NCBI GenBank assembly: GCA_035691865.1
Contig: DASSIM010000025.1
Coordinates: forward strand, 661 to 64,660
DNA from: Candidatus Nitrosopolaris sp.
Lineage (GTDB): Archaea; Thermoproteota; Nitrososphaeria; Nitrososphaerales; Nitrososphaeraceae
Direction: 5' to 3'
DNA: 64,000 nt
Of the stretch, positions 50,793 to 61,750 are shown one piece after another. Below the pieces are notes generated by a model. The model was not told the origin of the DNA, made no database searches, and saw only the letters and a program-made list of their open reading frames with translations. Position numbers and translations under genes: made by a program. The stretch's first letter is position 1. Every line of letters starts with the position of its first letter.

Positions 50793-51256
50793 ATGCCATA
50801 TTATAGTTTCATTGTTTTATATAAATGACGTTTTATTAGACTTCAATTTTACCCTATCGAAGTCAGTGTAAAGCCAGTTGCGGTACGATAACAACAAAAG
50901 AAGAATTGAATTAGTGTGCTATGCTGAGCATCAGAATCTCACGCTTAAACAATCTTGGATTCCGCAATTGTTTCAAGGAATTGTGGCTACACACAACATA
51001 TTCTTAGCCTATCACACCTAGTGAAACAATTTTCTTGCAAGACAATAAACACGAGATCCTAATTAAATTCTGATGGTACTTGTATTATCAGTCGGGTAAC
51101 TGTCTAATAAAAGGAGCACCTGCACTTCCTAATATATCATCCTATGTTGGAAAAAACGCTTTCAAGACATGGCATTGACATCGAATGCAATGGCTTTATG
51201 ATAAATCATAGTAGCTGTTTATCAAAGTAGATTAGCAACACTCGCCTTCTTGCTGG

Positions 51257-51562
51257 TTGTTGAAGCAGCTTCTACCAATAAAAAGAAGAACTCCTGTAAG
51301 AATAGAAATACTATCATCAGCAGAGAACACTTCTGCGCTGCATAACGACCTTAATGATATCCTACTAGATGCATCCAGTTGTTGTGAATATATGGGTTAC
51401 GTAGACAAAGATGGGAATACACTAGTGAAGATAGAATGTATAGTTGGTGAAGAGGAAAAGCAATACACCTGGCATCATTTACGGTTAAAACATGCAACAG
51501 ACTGCTATATTTCAGTAACTCCTACTCAGTTATCGATGGAGTCAATTTTGATACGTCGATAA
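51257..51562 (+). CDS. Hypothetical protein
   Basis: 101-aa ORF with alpha/beta pattern; no family recognised. Confidence 0.5.
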   Translation: MLKQLLPIKRRTPVRIEILSSAENTSALHNDLNDILLDASSCCEYMGYVDKDGNTLVKIECIVGEEEKQYTWHHLRLKHATDCYISVTPTQLSMESILIRR

Positions 51563-51582
51563 ATGACAAATAGACTTCAAAA

Positions 51583-51726
51583 ATAGCTTGTAAATATATC
51601 TGTACACAATACAAGGTTACGCAAGGTCGTATGGCTAGATGTCTGTGTGCGAGATATTTCCAAATTGGCAAGGATCGAAGTTGCCCTTGCTGCCAATTCA
51701 TATTAAGGATAAGGCCAAGACATAAA
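51583..51726 (+). pseudogene. Degenerate paralogue of the 46057..46221 Zn-binding protein
   Basis: ACKYICTQYK...GR...RC / SVCEIFPNWQG / SCPCCQFILRIRPRHK across frameshifts; ATA at the expected start. Confidence 0.65.
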
Positions 51727-52032
51727 ATTCTGTCATTGGAAATTGAACAAAATGTCAGAATGTTTTAGATGTGCATAAAGAATGAGCTGTCACTTTAGAC
51801 TAAAACAATCCTCGGCAAAAGTTGATCTGGACAAGAAATGAGAAATAAATTATCTATGTAAGGGCTAAAATTAACTATGCTAAAGTCAATGAGCATGAGC
51901 AGGATAATGTTAGTGTCCTTTCATTGACATTATTCCTCTCATGCTAGAAACAAGAGTCTTCTATTCGCTCGAATACGCTGACGCTGTAAAAAAGCCAAAC
52001 GACACAAGAAGCAGAATAGGAATTGCTTCTTA

Positions 52033-52797
52033 TTATTTCCTTGAAATCAAATCTGACAAATCTATCCCGAAGAATGTTTTTAGTATTCCAAGGTACGAGT
52101 ATACAGGAGGAGGAATTTCGCTTTCGCAAGCAACTCCGCTATTCCAGGCATTTATCCATATTATCATGCTCTGAAACATATTCACAAATCTACGATGATG
52201 GTCATGAACGACACCCAATTCATCAATATACTTCTCAGCCATCAGCCACGATTCTACAAAATCAATACAAGGTTTTCCGACAATTGCCTCAATTTGTTCT
52301 TGCATCTGTTTAGCATATTTGAATGGTTTCTGAAATACAAAAAACGGAAATTTTGTCTTCGTTGGAAGCATAAGATCAGGGGGAGACAGTATCGTAATTA
52401 CTCGTGCACCGTTATTGAGCTCATTCTGAAATCTGCTCACCATCTGTTCGATTACTCTAGGATCTGTGAACCAAAAAAGTAAAACCGTTGCATCAGAAAT
52501 TGCTGCTTTTCTAATATCCCCTATGATTATTTGGGCATTATCCATAGAAATAACTTTTCTGCGCGCCTCAATTGCAACTTTTCTTCTAACCTCTATACCT
52601 ACCGATCTTTTTACTTTAAATTCCTTGGCTGCTATCGCAACTGCATTGCAATTTCCACATCCTAGGTCGTAGAAAATATCTGACCTTCGAAGACCTGCAA
52701 ATTTGAACAATTTCCTCACTACATTATCAGGAATCAAAATATCTTCACCTTTGAGCACAGATTGAGGAAGCGATGAAAAGAATTCCTTTGTTATCAA
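52033..52797 (-). CDS. Class I SAM-dependent methyltransferase
   Basis: FYDLGCG, SVGIE, IIIGDI, VLLFWF; TTG start at 52797. Confidence 0.87.
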   Translation of the reverse strand: MITKEFFSSLPQSVLKGEDILIPDNVVRKLFKFAGLRRSDIFYDLGCGNCNAVAIAAKEFKVKRSVGIEVRRKVAIEARRKVISMDNAQIIIGDIRKAAISDATVLLFWFTDPRVIEQMVSRFQNELNNGARVITILSPPDLMLPTKTKFPFFVFQKPFKYAKQMQEQIEAIVGKPCIDFVESWLMAEKYIDELGVVHDHHRRFVNMFQSMIIWINAWNSGVACESEIPPPVYSYLGILKTFFGIDLSDLISRK

Positions 52798-53304
52798 TAG
52801 CCTATTAATCAAGCACATCAATAACGTCTTCACGAATAATAACCTACTTTCTCTACCGAGTTCTATTACCACAATTTATTTCAAATAATTCGTAGAATGA
52901 AGGAATAAGGCTATCATTAATTAGTTTTCAATGAATTTCTAACCGCATATAGCGAACGTATCCTGTTCTTTAAGTCTATTAGGTTTCTAGGTCAATCGAG
53001 AATATGAAAACACTGGTCCAATTACACTATCATCGTGATATTAGTCAATGTGAGAGCAGGGAATGATTAGTAATGGAGATAAAGGAGTGACTGGAATTGT
53101 TTTAGAATGTCGTTAGAGAGCTAAATCGTACAGTTTTCTTAGCTATGAACAAGGTGAACTCGTTAAGTACGCAGTTAGATAATGTAAGTATATTCCAATT
53201 GAAGCTAAAATTTGGCAATGTGAATTATACGATAGATGTAATTGTTGCTTCCTATAAGCCGTCACCGACTTCGGATCTATTACTTTGGATGCGTATGCAC
53301 TGAG

Positions 53305-54474
53305 ATGTTAGACAAAAATAATTATTTCATCATCTTATCAACATATATGTTTTCGACGTTGTTGATCTCCACAATCATTATTGGTAGTCTTCAGGGAGCG
53401 TTTCCTGTTTATGGCGCAACGACATTGCTATTTCCGTCACAAACACTTACAACGTACAAGCAACAGGTAGTCCAGTACGATAAAGAAAAGACTTGTGCTA
53501 ATGATCAACACACCCCTACAACATGGAAAACTTACCTGACTCATTTTGCCTGTGGTCGAGTAACCATCTTTAACAATGGTACAACTCTTAGGCAATATAC
53601 GCTGATAGTTGATGACAACCATGGTATGGGTCACAATATGTCGATTACTAGAGGAGGGCTGCAATTCCCGGCTTGGACATTCAACGGTACAATTCCAGGA
53701 CCAACTCTAAGGATGACACAGGGTGACCACGTTCGAGTGACAGTAATAAACAGCGTGAACAGTTCACATCCTCATTCGTGGCATGTACATTCTATACACA
53801 GTGGAGCTGTGGACGGAGTAATGGGACTGGCGGGCATGATATGGCCTGGGAGTGAGTTTACATATAGCTTTGTAGCGAACCCGTATGGCGTGTATCCTTA
53901 CCACTGTCATATGTCTCCTGTCGAAGAGCACATAAACAGAGGACTGTACGGAATGATGATTATTGATCAACCCTACGCTGAAAAAAGACCGCATGCAACC
54001 GAAATGGTGATGCTAATGAACGGGTACAGCTTTACCAACGCCTACAACCCAAATCCTGTGGAAGAAGGGCCACCGACACCAGCTGAAATGGCCAATGCTA
54101 CTGCAAGGAACGCTATATTAAATGATCACTCGCCGAGTAATCAAGTCTATACAGTCAATGGCATGGCATTTGGATATACCGGAAAAGATGAGATTCGGCT
54201 GAAAGTAGGCCAGCCAGTGAGGATATACTTGGAGAACATGCTTGAATACGACCCGATAAACAATTTCCATCTTCATGGCGAGATGTTCTACTACATCCCT
54301 ACAGGTACTTCTGACAAACCGACGATGTACACGGATATTGTCACACTCATGCAAGGAGATAGAGGCATAATCGAGTTTAGCTACCATTACCCTGGTGAAT
54401 TCATGTTCCATGCACACAAAAACGAGTTCACCCGTCTTGGCTGGCAAGGTTTTTTCAATGTGACCAAGAGCTAG
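53305..54474 (+). CDS. Two-domain multicopper oxidase (NirK-like architecture, T1 site in domain 1)
   Basis: HSWHVH, YHCHMSPVEEHINRGL in domain 1; NFHLHG, FHAH in domain 2; N-terminal TM/signal. Confidence 0.9.
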   Translation: MLDKNNYFIILSTYMFSTLLISTIIIGSLQGAFPVYGATTLLFPSQTLTTYKQQVVQYDKEKTCANDQHTPTTWKTYLTHFACGRVTIFNNGTTLRQYTLIVDDNHGMGHNMSITRGGLQFPAWTFNGTIPGPTLRMTQGDHVRVTVINSVNSSHPHSWHVHSIHSGAVDGVMGLAGMIWPGSEFTYSFVANPYGVYPYHCHMSPVEEHINRGLYGMMIIDQPYAEKRPHATEMVMLMNGYSFTNAYNPNPVEEGPPTPAEMANATARNAILNDHSPSNQVYTVNGMAFGYTGKDEIRLKVGQPVRIYLENMLEYDPINNFHLHGEMFYYIPTGTSDKPTMYTDIVTLMQGDRGIIEFSYHYPGEFMFHAHKNEFTRLGWQGFFNVTKS

Positions 54475-54743
54475 CTTCTCAATTTCTACGTCCACTCCCT
54501 CTTGCTTAGAGAACAGGATTTTGCAGCAGTATCGTATTAACGTACGAGAAAATGATGAACAAGCGTCGAAGCTCAACCAACACCTGGGCTCGTTTTGAAT
54601 ACACAGTCATTTGCAATGTAATTTTTGCACATTACGATCATATTGATCGATTTCAAGTGCGTCAGAATATTCTAAAGATCTACACCATACCAACGAATAT
54701 TGTTGTATACTAAAACCCCATGTGAAATGCGAAATGTCCTGAA

Positions 54744-54962
54744 TTATTTGGAAGATATACGCCAGAGTATGATACCAGATACAAAAATAATCATCCCTAC
54801 TCCAATAACGACAGAACCGTTAACTGTCCAATCGGGATTACTGAACATAAAGGAAGAAGATGGTCCAACAATCCGTCTGCTTTGTAATGTAAACAATACA
54901 CCTAATGTAAGCATTATGAAACCCGCCACGCCCAACACTTTGCCTATGTATTTTGGCATCAT
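54744..54962 (-). CDS. Small two-TM membrane protein
   Basis: Two hydrophobic helices around LQSR..VGPSSSFMFSNPDW. Confidence 0.7.
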   Translation of the reverse strand: MMPKYIGKVLGVAGFIMLTLGVLFTLQSRRIVGPSSSFMFSNPDWTVNGSVVIGVGMIIFVSGIILWRISSK

Positions 54963-55260
54963 AAGGCAGAGAGATATTCATGTCCAAACAACATATACAT
55001 ACTTTACCGTGATGTTTCTTCGCAAATTAGCAGAAGCAATATCTTCGCCTACGCAAGCTCACCACGAGTAAGTGTCAGCAGAGATAACAGAGAAAACGGC
55101 TTCGATTTTAGCAGGTGACTCTGGTCCTCAGCCAAACGTCATGATGTGTTAGTTTGTCAAAAATCATGCACTTTATAGAGAAAATATAAGCTGTACAAAC
55201 GACCAGCTGTTGTCTATGGTAGAAAGGGGAAGGATCGAAATACCCTACATACCACTGCCT

Positions 55261-56595
55261 TTATCTGTTATCTTGTCTCTGGGAATATGAAGAATACCTA
55301 TCCCGTCGCATACCATACCTATTGCTATAATTAGTATCTCTATGTTCACCTTGACGACCGTATCGATTTCTGTTAAAGCCATAAGCTCTATTGTACCCGT
55401 ACGAACCGCCTCTACTTGCGTAGTTGTTATAACCACTGCCGTAATATCGTCGCTGTTGCTGCTGAACTACAGGAACTTCAATTCCCATTTCATCATTAAG
55501 TTTATGGACAGTCTGTTCTGTTTGTCGGAGAATTCTTCCGAAATTGTCAACTCTATCCTGGGAAACTAATGAGATAGCCTTGCCAGTTGCACCGGCCCTG
55601 GCAGTTCTTCCGATTCTATGGAAGTAAATCAATGGATCTTCAGGAATGTCATAATTAATCACATGACCTACTGCTGGAACATCTATTCCTCTTGCTGCTA
55701 TATCGGTAGCAACTAGAATGTCTTCATTTCCATTCTTGAACCTATACATAGCGATATCTCTCTGTTTTTGCGAAAGATCACCATGAATCGTTATTGCTCT
55801 GAATCCTTCCTGCTTCAAATCGTTTGCAAGTCTCTGTGTCCTCTGTTTTGTTGCAGCAAAAACTATAGTCTGTTTTTTGTCTCTATTTTTTATGAAGTTA
55901 CACAGGTGCTTAAATTTCTCCCTCTCATGAACAATCAAATAAGACTGAGCTATAGTATCAAGGCTAAGTTCCTCTTCGTTTAGTCTGATTTCTTTAGGTT
56001 CTTTCATATACTCTTGTGCTAATCTTAAAATCTCCGGTGGCATGGTTGCCGAGAAAAGACATGTCTGCCTATTTTCAGTCACGTAAAACAAAATGAATTT
56101 AATGTCTTCAATGAAGCCCATGTCCAACATCCTATCTGCTTCATCAAGAACAACAAATCTTACGTCATCAAGCTGGATAGAACCTCGTTTTAAATGATCA
56201 ATAAGCCTACCGGGTGTTGCAACCACGATTTGGACTCCCCTTCTTAGTAGATCATGCTGAAGTCCAATGCTTTGCCCACCATATATGGAAACGCTTCTAA
56301 GACCTGTGTATCGTACAAATTTACTGATCTCATTTGTCACTTGTACTGCTAGCTCTCTTGTCGGTACGAGTATAAGCGCCTGTATTGGACCATTGCGCTT
56401 AATCTTGGTTAAAATCGGCAAGGAAAAAGCCGCAGTCTTGCCTGTCCCTGTATGAGCCTGACCTATGACATCTAGACCTTTTAAAATAAGCGGTATAGCT
56501 GCTTCTTGTATAGGAAAAGGCGTATCAAATTTATTTTCTTTGAGCGCTTTAAGTATTTCAGCACTCATTCCTAACTCCTGAAATGTAGTTGTCAA
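55261..56595 (-). CDS. DEAD-box RNA helicase with R/G/Y/N-rich C-terminal tail
   Basis: Q motif, AHTGTGKT, PTREL, TPGR, DEAD, SAT, ARGID, HRIGRTARAG. Confidence 0.96.
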   Translation of the reverse strand: MTTTFQELGMSAEILKALKENKFDTPFPIQEAAIPLILKGLDVIGQAHTGTGKTAAFSLPILTKIKRNGPIQALILVPTRELAVQVTNEISKFVRYTGLRSVSIYGGQSIGLQHDLLRRGVQIVVATPGRLIDHLKRGSIQLDDVRFVVLDEADRMLDMGFIEDIKFILFYVTENRQTCLFSATMPPEILRLAQEYMKEPKEIRLNEEELSLDTIAQSYLIVHEREKFKHLCNFIKNRDKKQTIVFAATKQRTQRLANDLKQEGFRAITIHGDLSQKQRDIAMYRFKNGNEDILVATDIAARGIDVPAVGHVINYDIPEDPLIYFHRIGRTARAGATGKAISLVSQDRVDNFGRILRQTEQTVHKLNDEMGIEVPVVQQQQRRYYGSGYNNYASRGGSYGYNRAYGFNRNRYGRQGEHRDTNYSNRYGMRRDRYSSYSQRQDNR

Positions 56596-57434
56596 TTTAT
56601 TTTCTCGTTTTTGGATGTTACAAAAGGCACGGAATATATGAAAAGTAATGTTCTTCTACTTACTTAACAACTCAGCCGTAAGTCCTTTGATAACTATTCA
56701 CAATACACAGATATAAATATGCTGTGACTTGGTTTTCTGTCAAATCTCAGTTGAAATAAACCTGTAAGAATTCGGTTGAAGACGGGAAACGTAACAACAA
56801 ACAAACGGACGGGTTCCTTTGAAACATCAGCTCATACTAGAGGGGTGTTGATCTCTAACAAAATTATGAGGTGTGCGAACTACATGAGACGCCGCTTGAA
56901 GAGTGTTTGTCTATATTGCTACTTAGAGGCTCCGAATTGGCTTGGTTTGACCGTCGATTTGACCCGAACGTGAATTTCGGGCCCCATGTAGCCTGCCGTT
57001 TCATGAGCAGCTAAGTGAGGTTGTGATCGATAACAACGATGTCGAACAGGGTTCCATTCCTCATCCTTCTGGCTGATTTGAGATCATTAAGGTAGTTTTC
57101 ATCATCGTCATTATTCAATCGAGGGAAGTACTCAAATCAGCAACCAGATAACGATAATTTACTCCCTTCAAATTATATATTAGATATTTTACCTAGGCCT
57201 TCTGCGTTTGATTATTACTATTGAGTTCTTTTAAGCGAATATATAGATCTTTCAGTTAGATTGATCGATAGTGAGTGAGTCTTGAATAATTTTATTCAAT
57301 TTATTGTATATTAATTTAAATGTCTACGTTAGTTATCCTCGTTTATTTCGGTTTATAGATATAGCATGAGATTCGTCAACTCAAATATATCTAGCTGTGA
57401 TTAAAATGACGAAACGAATATCAAAAATATTTCA

Positions 57435-57719
57435 GTGGCTATCATCGCCATTTTGGCTTTGAATTTGCTCTCATCCTCTATTTCAGATATTGTTCCTATT
57501 CAAAAAGCTAAGGCAATAACACAGATAGATAGTATTAGTCAATATTATCTGAAACAGCTCAACCAACAGCGACAAGAGTGCATAGGCACTTTCACTTGCG
57601 TGGACAATTTCTTTATTGTATTAAATCCCTCCAAAAATGACACGACTTTAAAAATAGCAAAGTTGGAATCCAAAATTTACAATACTGATAATGTGCCGTT
57701 TGAATTGCCTTTCCCGTGA
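57435..57719 (+). CDS. Small secreted hypothetical protein
   Basis: Signal-like N-terminus, Cys pair, ends LPFP. Confidence 0.5.
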   Translation: MAIIAILALNLLSSSISDIVPIQKAKAITQIDSISQYYLKQLNQQRQECIGTFTCVDNFFIVLNPSKNDTTLKIAKLESKIYNTDNVPFELPFP

Positions 57720-57808
57720 TCCGGAGTCCAGTGACTCTTTGTCCAGAGATGTGCATTGTGCTATGATGTGGTTGCTGATATCATTCTGAGTTTTGGACAT
57801 AGTACCTT

Positions 57809-58078
57809 TCAGCCTTCAATCACTCTTACTCTAGGATCTTTGTTATTTCCAATATCATAACCTGCTTCCCTCAAATACTTTAAGGTCAATTTATATACCA
57901 ACTCATCATGATCAGTAAATTCTAGGATTTTATTCCAAGAAACTTCTCCTGCTTCGCTTTTAGCTATCTCCTGAGTCACTTGAAAAGTAACTCTCCTTGC
58001 TTCTGATTTGCAATATTCAAATGTTTTTCCATTCTTGTATGCACGAGTTTTAGAATCACAATTAATTGGATGGTTCAA
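57809..58078 (-). CDS. Hypothetical protein
   Basis: Clean 89-aa ORF. Confidence 0.6.
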   Translation of the reverse strand: MNHPINCDSKTRAYKNGKTFEYCKSEARRVTFQVTQEIAKSEAGEVSWNKILEFTDHDELVYKLTLKYLREAGYDIGNNKDPRVRVIEG

Positions 58079-58445
58079 TGCAGCAAGTACTTAGGACTAT
58101 GATGCTAATTTAGCTTTACGACTGCAAGCGTTCTAGGAAAAGACATCATCAAACGGACCACTAGAATACTCGTAGGGGAGAGATATGATCGATCCTTCTT
58201 GACTAGGATCGGATAGGGACAGGGACACCTTAGGAAGCCAAGAGATCACCTAGAACAGATAAGTCAAGAACATCCCATGTATGGAATAAGAGTATAAACT
58301 GGGTTGTACTAGTTGTACATTTCTCAGCAAAAAAAATTTGGGGCAATATTCTAGAGTCACGATTGCTTTAGAGTTAAACAATCCGATGCTTATAGACCGA
58401 TCGTAGGTTTACCTCCCTAGATAACAAATAATTAAAAAAGCACAG

Positions 58446-58700
58446 CTATCTTATCTCAGTAAAACCCTCAGCTGACTCACCTTTAAATCGTTCTAGTTTT
58501 GTATAAGTTGCATTTAAGCTAACTTCGTGTCCATCGAAACTCTCAACGATGTGTTTAGGAATTCTATAATGTGTCCTTGCTCCTTCAGTCGAAATCAGAA
58601 CGGCGGTGTCATCAACTGCATCAACGCTTCCGATAAGATGTCCGTCCTTGGCTCTAACAGTTTTGTGAATTATTGACTGCCAATTTTCTACAGCTGTCAT
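58446..58700 (-). CDS. PRC-barrel/DUF2171-like protein
   Basis: KTVRAKDGHLIGSVDAV...YRIPKHIVESFDGHEVSL. Confidence 0.75.
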   Translation of the reverse strand: MTAVENWQSIIHKTVRAKDGHLIGSVDAVDDTAVLISTEGARTHYRIPKHIVESFDGHEVSLNATYTKLERFKGESAEGFTEIR

Positions 58701-59356
58701 TTATGAGAATAGAGGATAGTCCAACTATATAAGAAGCGTATGCTATTTTTTGTAAAACAAGCCTTAGCTTATCGGAGATGAAACCCCCACGATATTTTAT
58801 ACAAGGACCTCACACCTAAAATGATCAAACCCAATAAAACACATAAAAAATATCGAGCAGATTTCAATTTCGTAAGTTACCTATCGAGTATAGACTATCT
58901 TCTATCTTTTACGAACTCTGCAATTCTTCGGTCCGTTCTCGGTGAGCACGGTCAAAGCTCCAACCATTTGGTGCTTTATTTAATAATTATCGGTATACTA
59001 GGAAGGATTCAACACTGCATTTCTTTCAATGCCAAGGTACAATAAACATTAAGTGCACAAAACGAATCAACTCTTGTAACTTTGCTTTGCCATGAGAGCG
59101 TGGAAACACTGTCACTGACATGTCGTAAGCGATACAATTGAAATGTATCAGATAATTCAAAACAGGATGCTATTCTTGTCTCGATCTGCATAATTTACTA
59201 ATGATTTAACAAATGATATAATAGCTAAATCCATCTCATTCTGCGGAAGAGTACGAACATCTTTCTTCTCTTAAATTTACCTTCTAGGTCTAAGATATTT
59301 ATGTAAATCACAAGAGTAACTAATATTAAACCAGCTCCAATCAAAATAATTATATC

Positions 59357-59515
59357 ATGAAAGAAGTTCAGTATGAAATTCACCTTGTTCTAGAAGAAGA
59401 CAGATACAATAAGCTTTTAGAGATATGTAGAACGTATAAAGAACAGCAAGGTAAAGATATAACACCGAAAGAGTACATATTAATGCTTATAGATTCTGCT
59501 CTTGGAAACAAGTAG
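59357..59515 (+). CDS. Small RHH-like protein (not in ORF track)
   Basis: MKEVQYEIHLVLEEDRYNKLLEICRTYKEQQGKDITPKEYILMLIDSALGNK (52 aa): strand-helix-helix. Confidence 0.55.
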   Translation: MKEVQYEIHLVLEEDRYNKLLEICRTYKEQQGKDITPKEYILMLIDSALGNK

Positions 59516-59751
59516 GAATAGGTAGGATAAGGATAAAGAATTTTCTGTTGTCTACTAAGTAATTCTGCAGCTATTCCACAATCCGTGTGCGAGGTGACAA
59601 AAAAAGATGGTCAACCGCAGTATGGACCTTTCCCTTTCTCTCTAATTGAAAGGAGGTATTCCTATAGGTTGTGGCTATCGTCTACGTTGGGATAGAAAAC
59701 AGATATAACAAGTGAATTGAACTGGTAACACACAAGGGAGAAATGTAGAGA

Positions 59752-59973
59752 ATGACAGCCATAAAAATAGGAGATAGAATTAAGCTGGTTAGCACAGACA
59801 ATCCATATACGAGATTAAAGCCCGGTGATTCTGGCGTAGTTTGGGAGATTACGACATTCGAGCTGAGCGATGAGGAAACCAAGCAAATCTGGGTTCATTG
59901 GGATAATGGTGACAGTCTTGCCCTCATCGAAGGTAAAGACAAGTGGGATATCATAATGGGTGAGTCTAAATAA
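59752..59973 (+). CDS. DUF4314 domain protein
   Basis: GDRIKLV...PY..LKPG..G.V...QIWVHWDNGDSLALI.G.D. Confidence 0.85.
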   Translation: MTAIKIGDRIKLVSTDNPYTRLKPGDSGVVWEITTFELSDEETKQIWVHWDNGDSLALIEGKDKWDIIMGESK

Positions 59974-60230
59974 GTGGAAACCATAATTGTTGCAAAAGCG
60001 ATCTTTTATAACAGCATTTAGAAAATGATGTTAGTCAAAGGCGTGTGCAGCTGATGATATTGGGTCTCCAGAAGTTGCCAGCAAGAGGGAAGACGATTAT
60101 CGCACCTTCTTTTAACACTATATCATTGCGTATTTTGCTGTGCTTTTTTCATACAAATAGGGATAGAAGACGAAGTCTCTAGTTCTACTAATTTAATTCC
60201 AACTTCGAAACTGTCAATTCGTTAGGATTT

Positions 60231-60590
60231 CTATTCTTGAATCAATTTAAGAATAGCATCTATCGTCTTTCCGTGGTCAAGGTGAACCTCAGTTGTTATC
60301 AATAGGAGATGATCATTGTCTAAAGGTACTGTGATTCGCTTGATATTTTCGTATTCTGCCATTGCATACTTTCCTCGTCCAATTTTGGATGCAAGGGTGT
60401 AGCGTAAACCCCACCTAGCCAGTGCTTGCAAATTTGATCTTCTCGTTTCATCTCTAGAGAGCAAATCCGTTACACCTTCCCGTTGTCCGCCGTACAGAAT
60501 CTCACCAGTATCGTCACATACACCAGCAAATCGAACCCCCGGATCAAGTGCCATAACTTGTTGACATAGTTTTGAATAATCCATGAACAT
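60231..60590 (-). CDS. Roadblock/profilin-like protein (thaumarchaeal DUF6659-like family)
   Basis: LCQQVMALDPGVRFAGV...G...R......LL...E...KIG..KYAMAEYE.IKRIT.PL...LLLIT. Confidence 0.8.
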   Translation of the reverse strand: MFMDYSKLCQQVMALDPGVRFAGVCDDTGEILYGGQREGVTDLLSRDETRRSNLQALARWGLRYTLASKIGRGKYAMAEYENIKRITVPLDNDHLLLITTEVHLDHGKTIDAILKLIQE

Positions 60591-60973
60591 AAGATTATTA
60601 GGTGCGATTCTAATAAGCGTTTAATCCTGGAACATCCAACATATCTTTTAAGTATTTTAAAGTCAAACTCAATAATAATAAAAGGATATCTCGAATTCAC
60701 CTTGCCCCATTCCGCGAGGTCCCCATCTGGGAGAATCTGTATTCCATAGCAAACGCGGAAGGGAGGTCAAGAGCAGCTGTTATTACCCAACTGTAAATTG
60801 ATAGCTTGTTTCTAAATTTTTGGACTATCTGCCAGCTTCCATGGATAGCTGCCAATATATTACTTCTTTGCGTTGATTATAACAAAAAAGTTTGGTATCT
60901 TTGTATCCCATGTCAAAAATATAAATTGCTTAGATTTAATAGTACATGACACTACGATATTATTAGAACTAAA

Positions 60974-61750
60974 TTGGGCCTTACAAACCGCATTACAACT
61001 TTGGTAAAGCAGAAGGTAGATATTCTTCTTAATAGATTTGAAGATCCTAGAGAAGGGCTAGATTATTCTTATACCAAGCAGGTAGAACTATTAAACAAGT
61101 TAAAACGAGGTATAGCAGAGGTAATCACTGGCAAAAAGCAGCTCGAAATGCAAAAAACCAAACTTTGGGAAAATATTCGTAATCTTGAGGAACAAGCACA
61201 CCGCGCAATTGACCAAAATAGAGAAGATCTGGCAAAGCTGGCATTAGAACGGAAGAACGCAAACATGTTACAGTTACAGCAGCTAGATAAACGGATTACA
61301 GAGATGAAGACAGAGCAGGATAAGCTTGAACAAACAGAGAAACGACTGGCTACAAAAGTCGAAGAATTTAGATCACAGAAGGAGGTCATAAAAGCCCAAT
61401 ATTCTGCAGCCGATGCACAAGTACGAATCAAGGAGAGTGTGACAGGCATCTCAGAAGAAATGGCTGACGTAGGTATGGCAATGAGCCGAGCAGAAGATAA
61501 AACAGATAAAATGAAAGCTAAAGCGCAAGCCTTGGACGAGATGATGGATTCGGGCGTTCTTACTGATTACGCTTCGAGTAAGAGTGACGACATGCTTGAA
61601 AGCGAGCTTGAAAAAGTTAGCGTAGCAGCATCAGTTGAAGAAGAATTAGCAAAGTTAAAAGCAGAGCGTGCAAAAGAGAAGAAAAAATCTTCATCTGAAC
61701 AGCAGCAAGAGAAAGAAGAGCAGGTACAAGAACGAGAAGTTCAGGCGTAG
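60974..61750 (+). CDS. pspA: PspA/IM30 family protein
   Basis: MGLTNRI...EDPRE.LD...long coiled coil...EDLAKLALERK...AEDKT.KM.AKAQALDE. Confidence 0.9.
   Translation: MGLTNRITTLVKQKVDILLNRFEDPREGLDYSYTKQVELLNKLKRGIAEVITGKKQLEMQKTKLWENIRNLEEQAHRAIDQNREDLAKLALERKNANMLQLQQLDKRITEMKTEQDKLEQTEKRLATKVEEFRSQKEVIKAQYSAADAQVRIKESVTGISEEMADVGMAMSRAEDKTDKMKAKAQALDEMMDSGVLTDYASSKSDDMLESELEKVSVAASVEEELAKLKAERAKEKKKSSSEQQQEKEEQVQEREVQA

Noticed and set aside
60051-60080. CTGATGA followed by a small hairpin (possible hammerhead or C/D box)
   Set aside because: No GAAA core or stem III, and no partner box D with a terminal stem.
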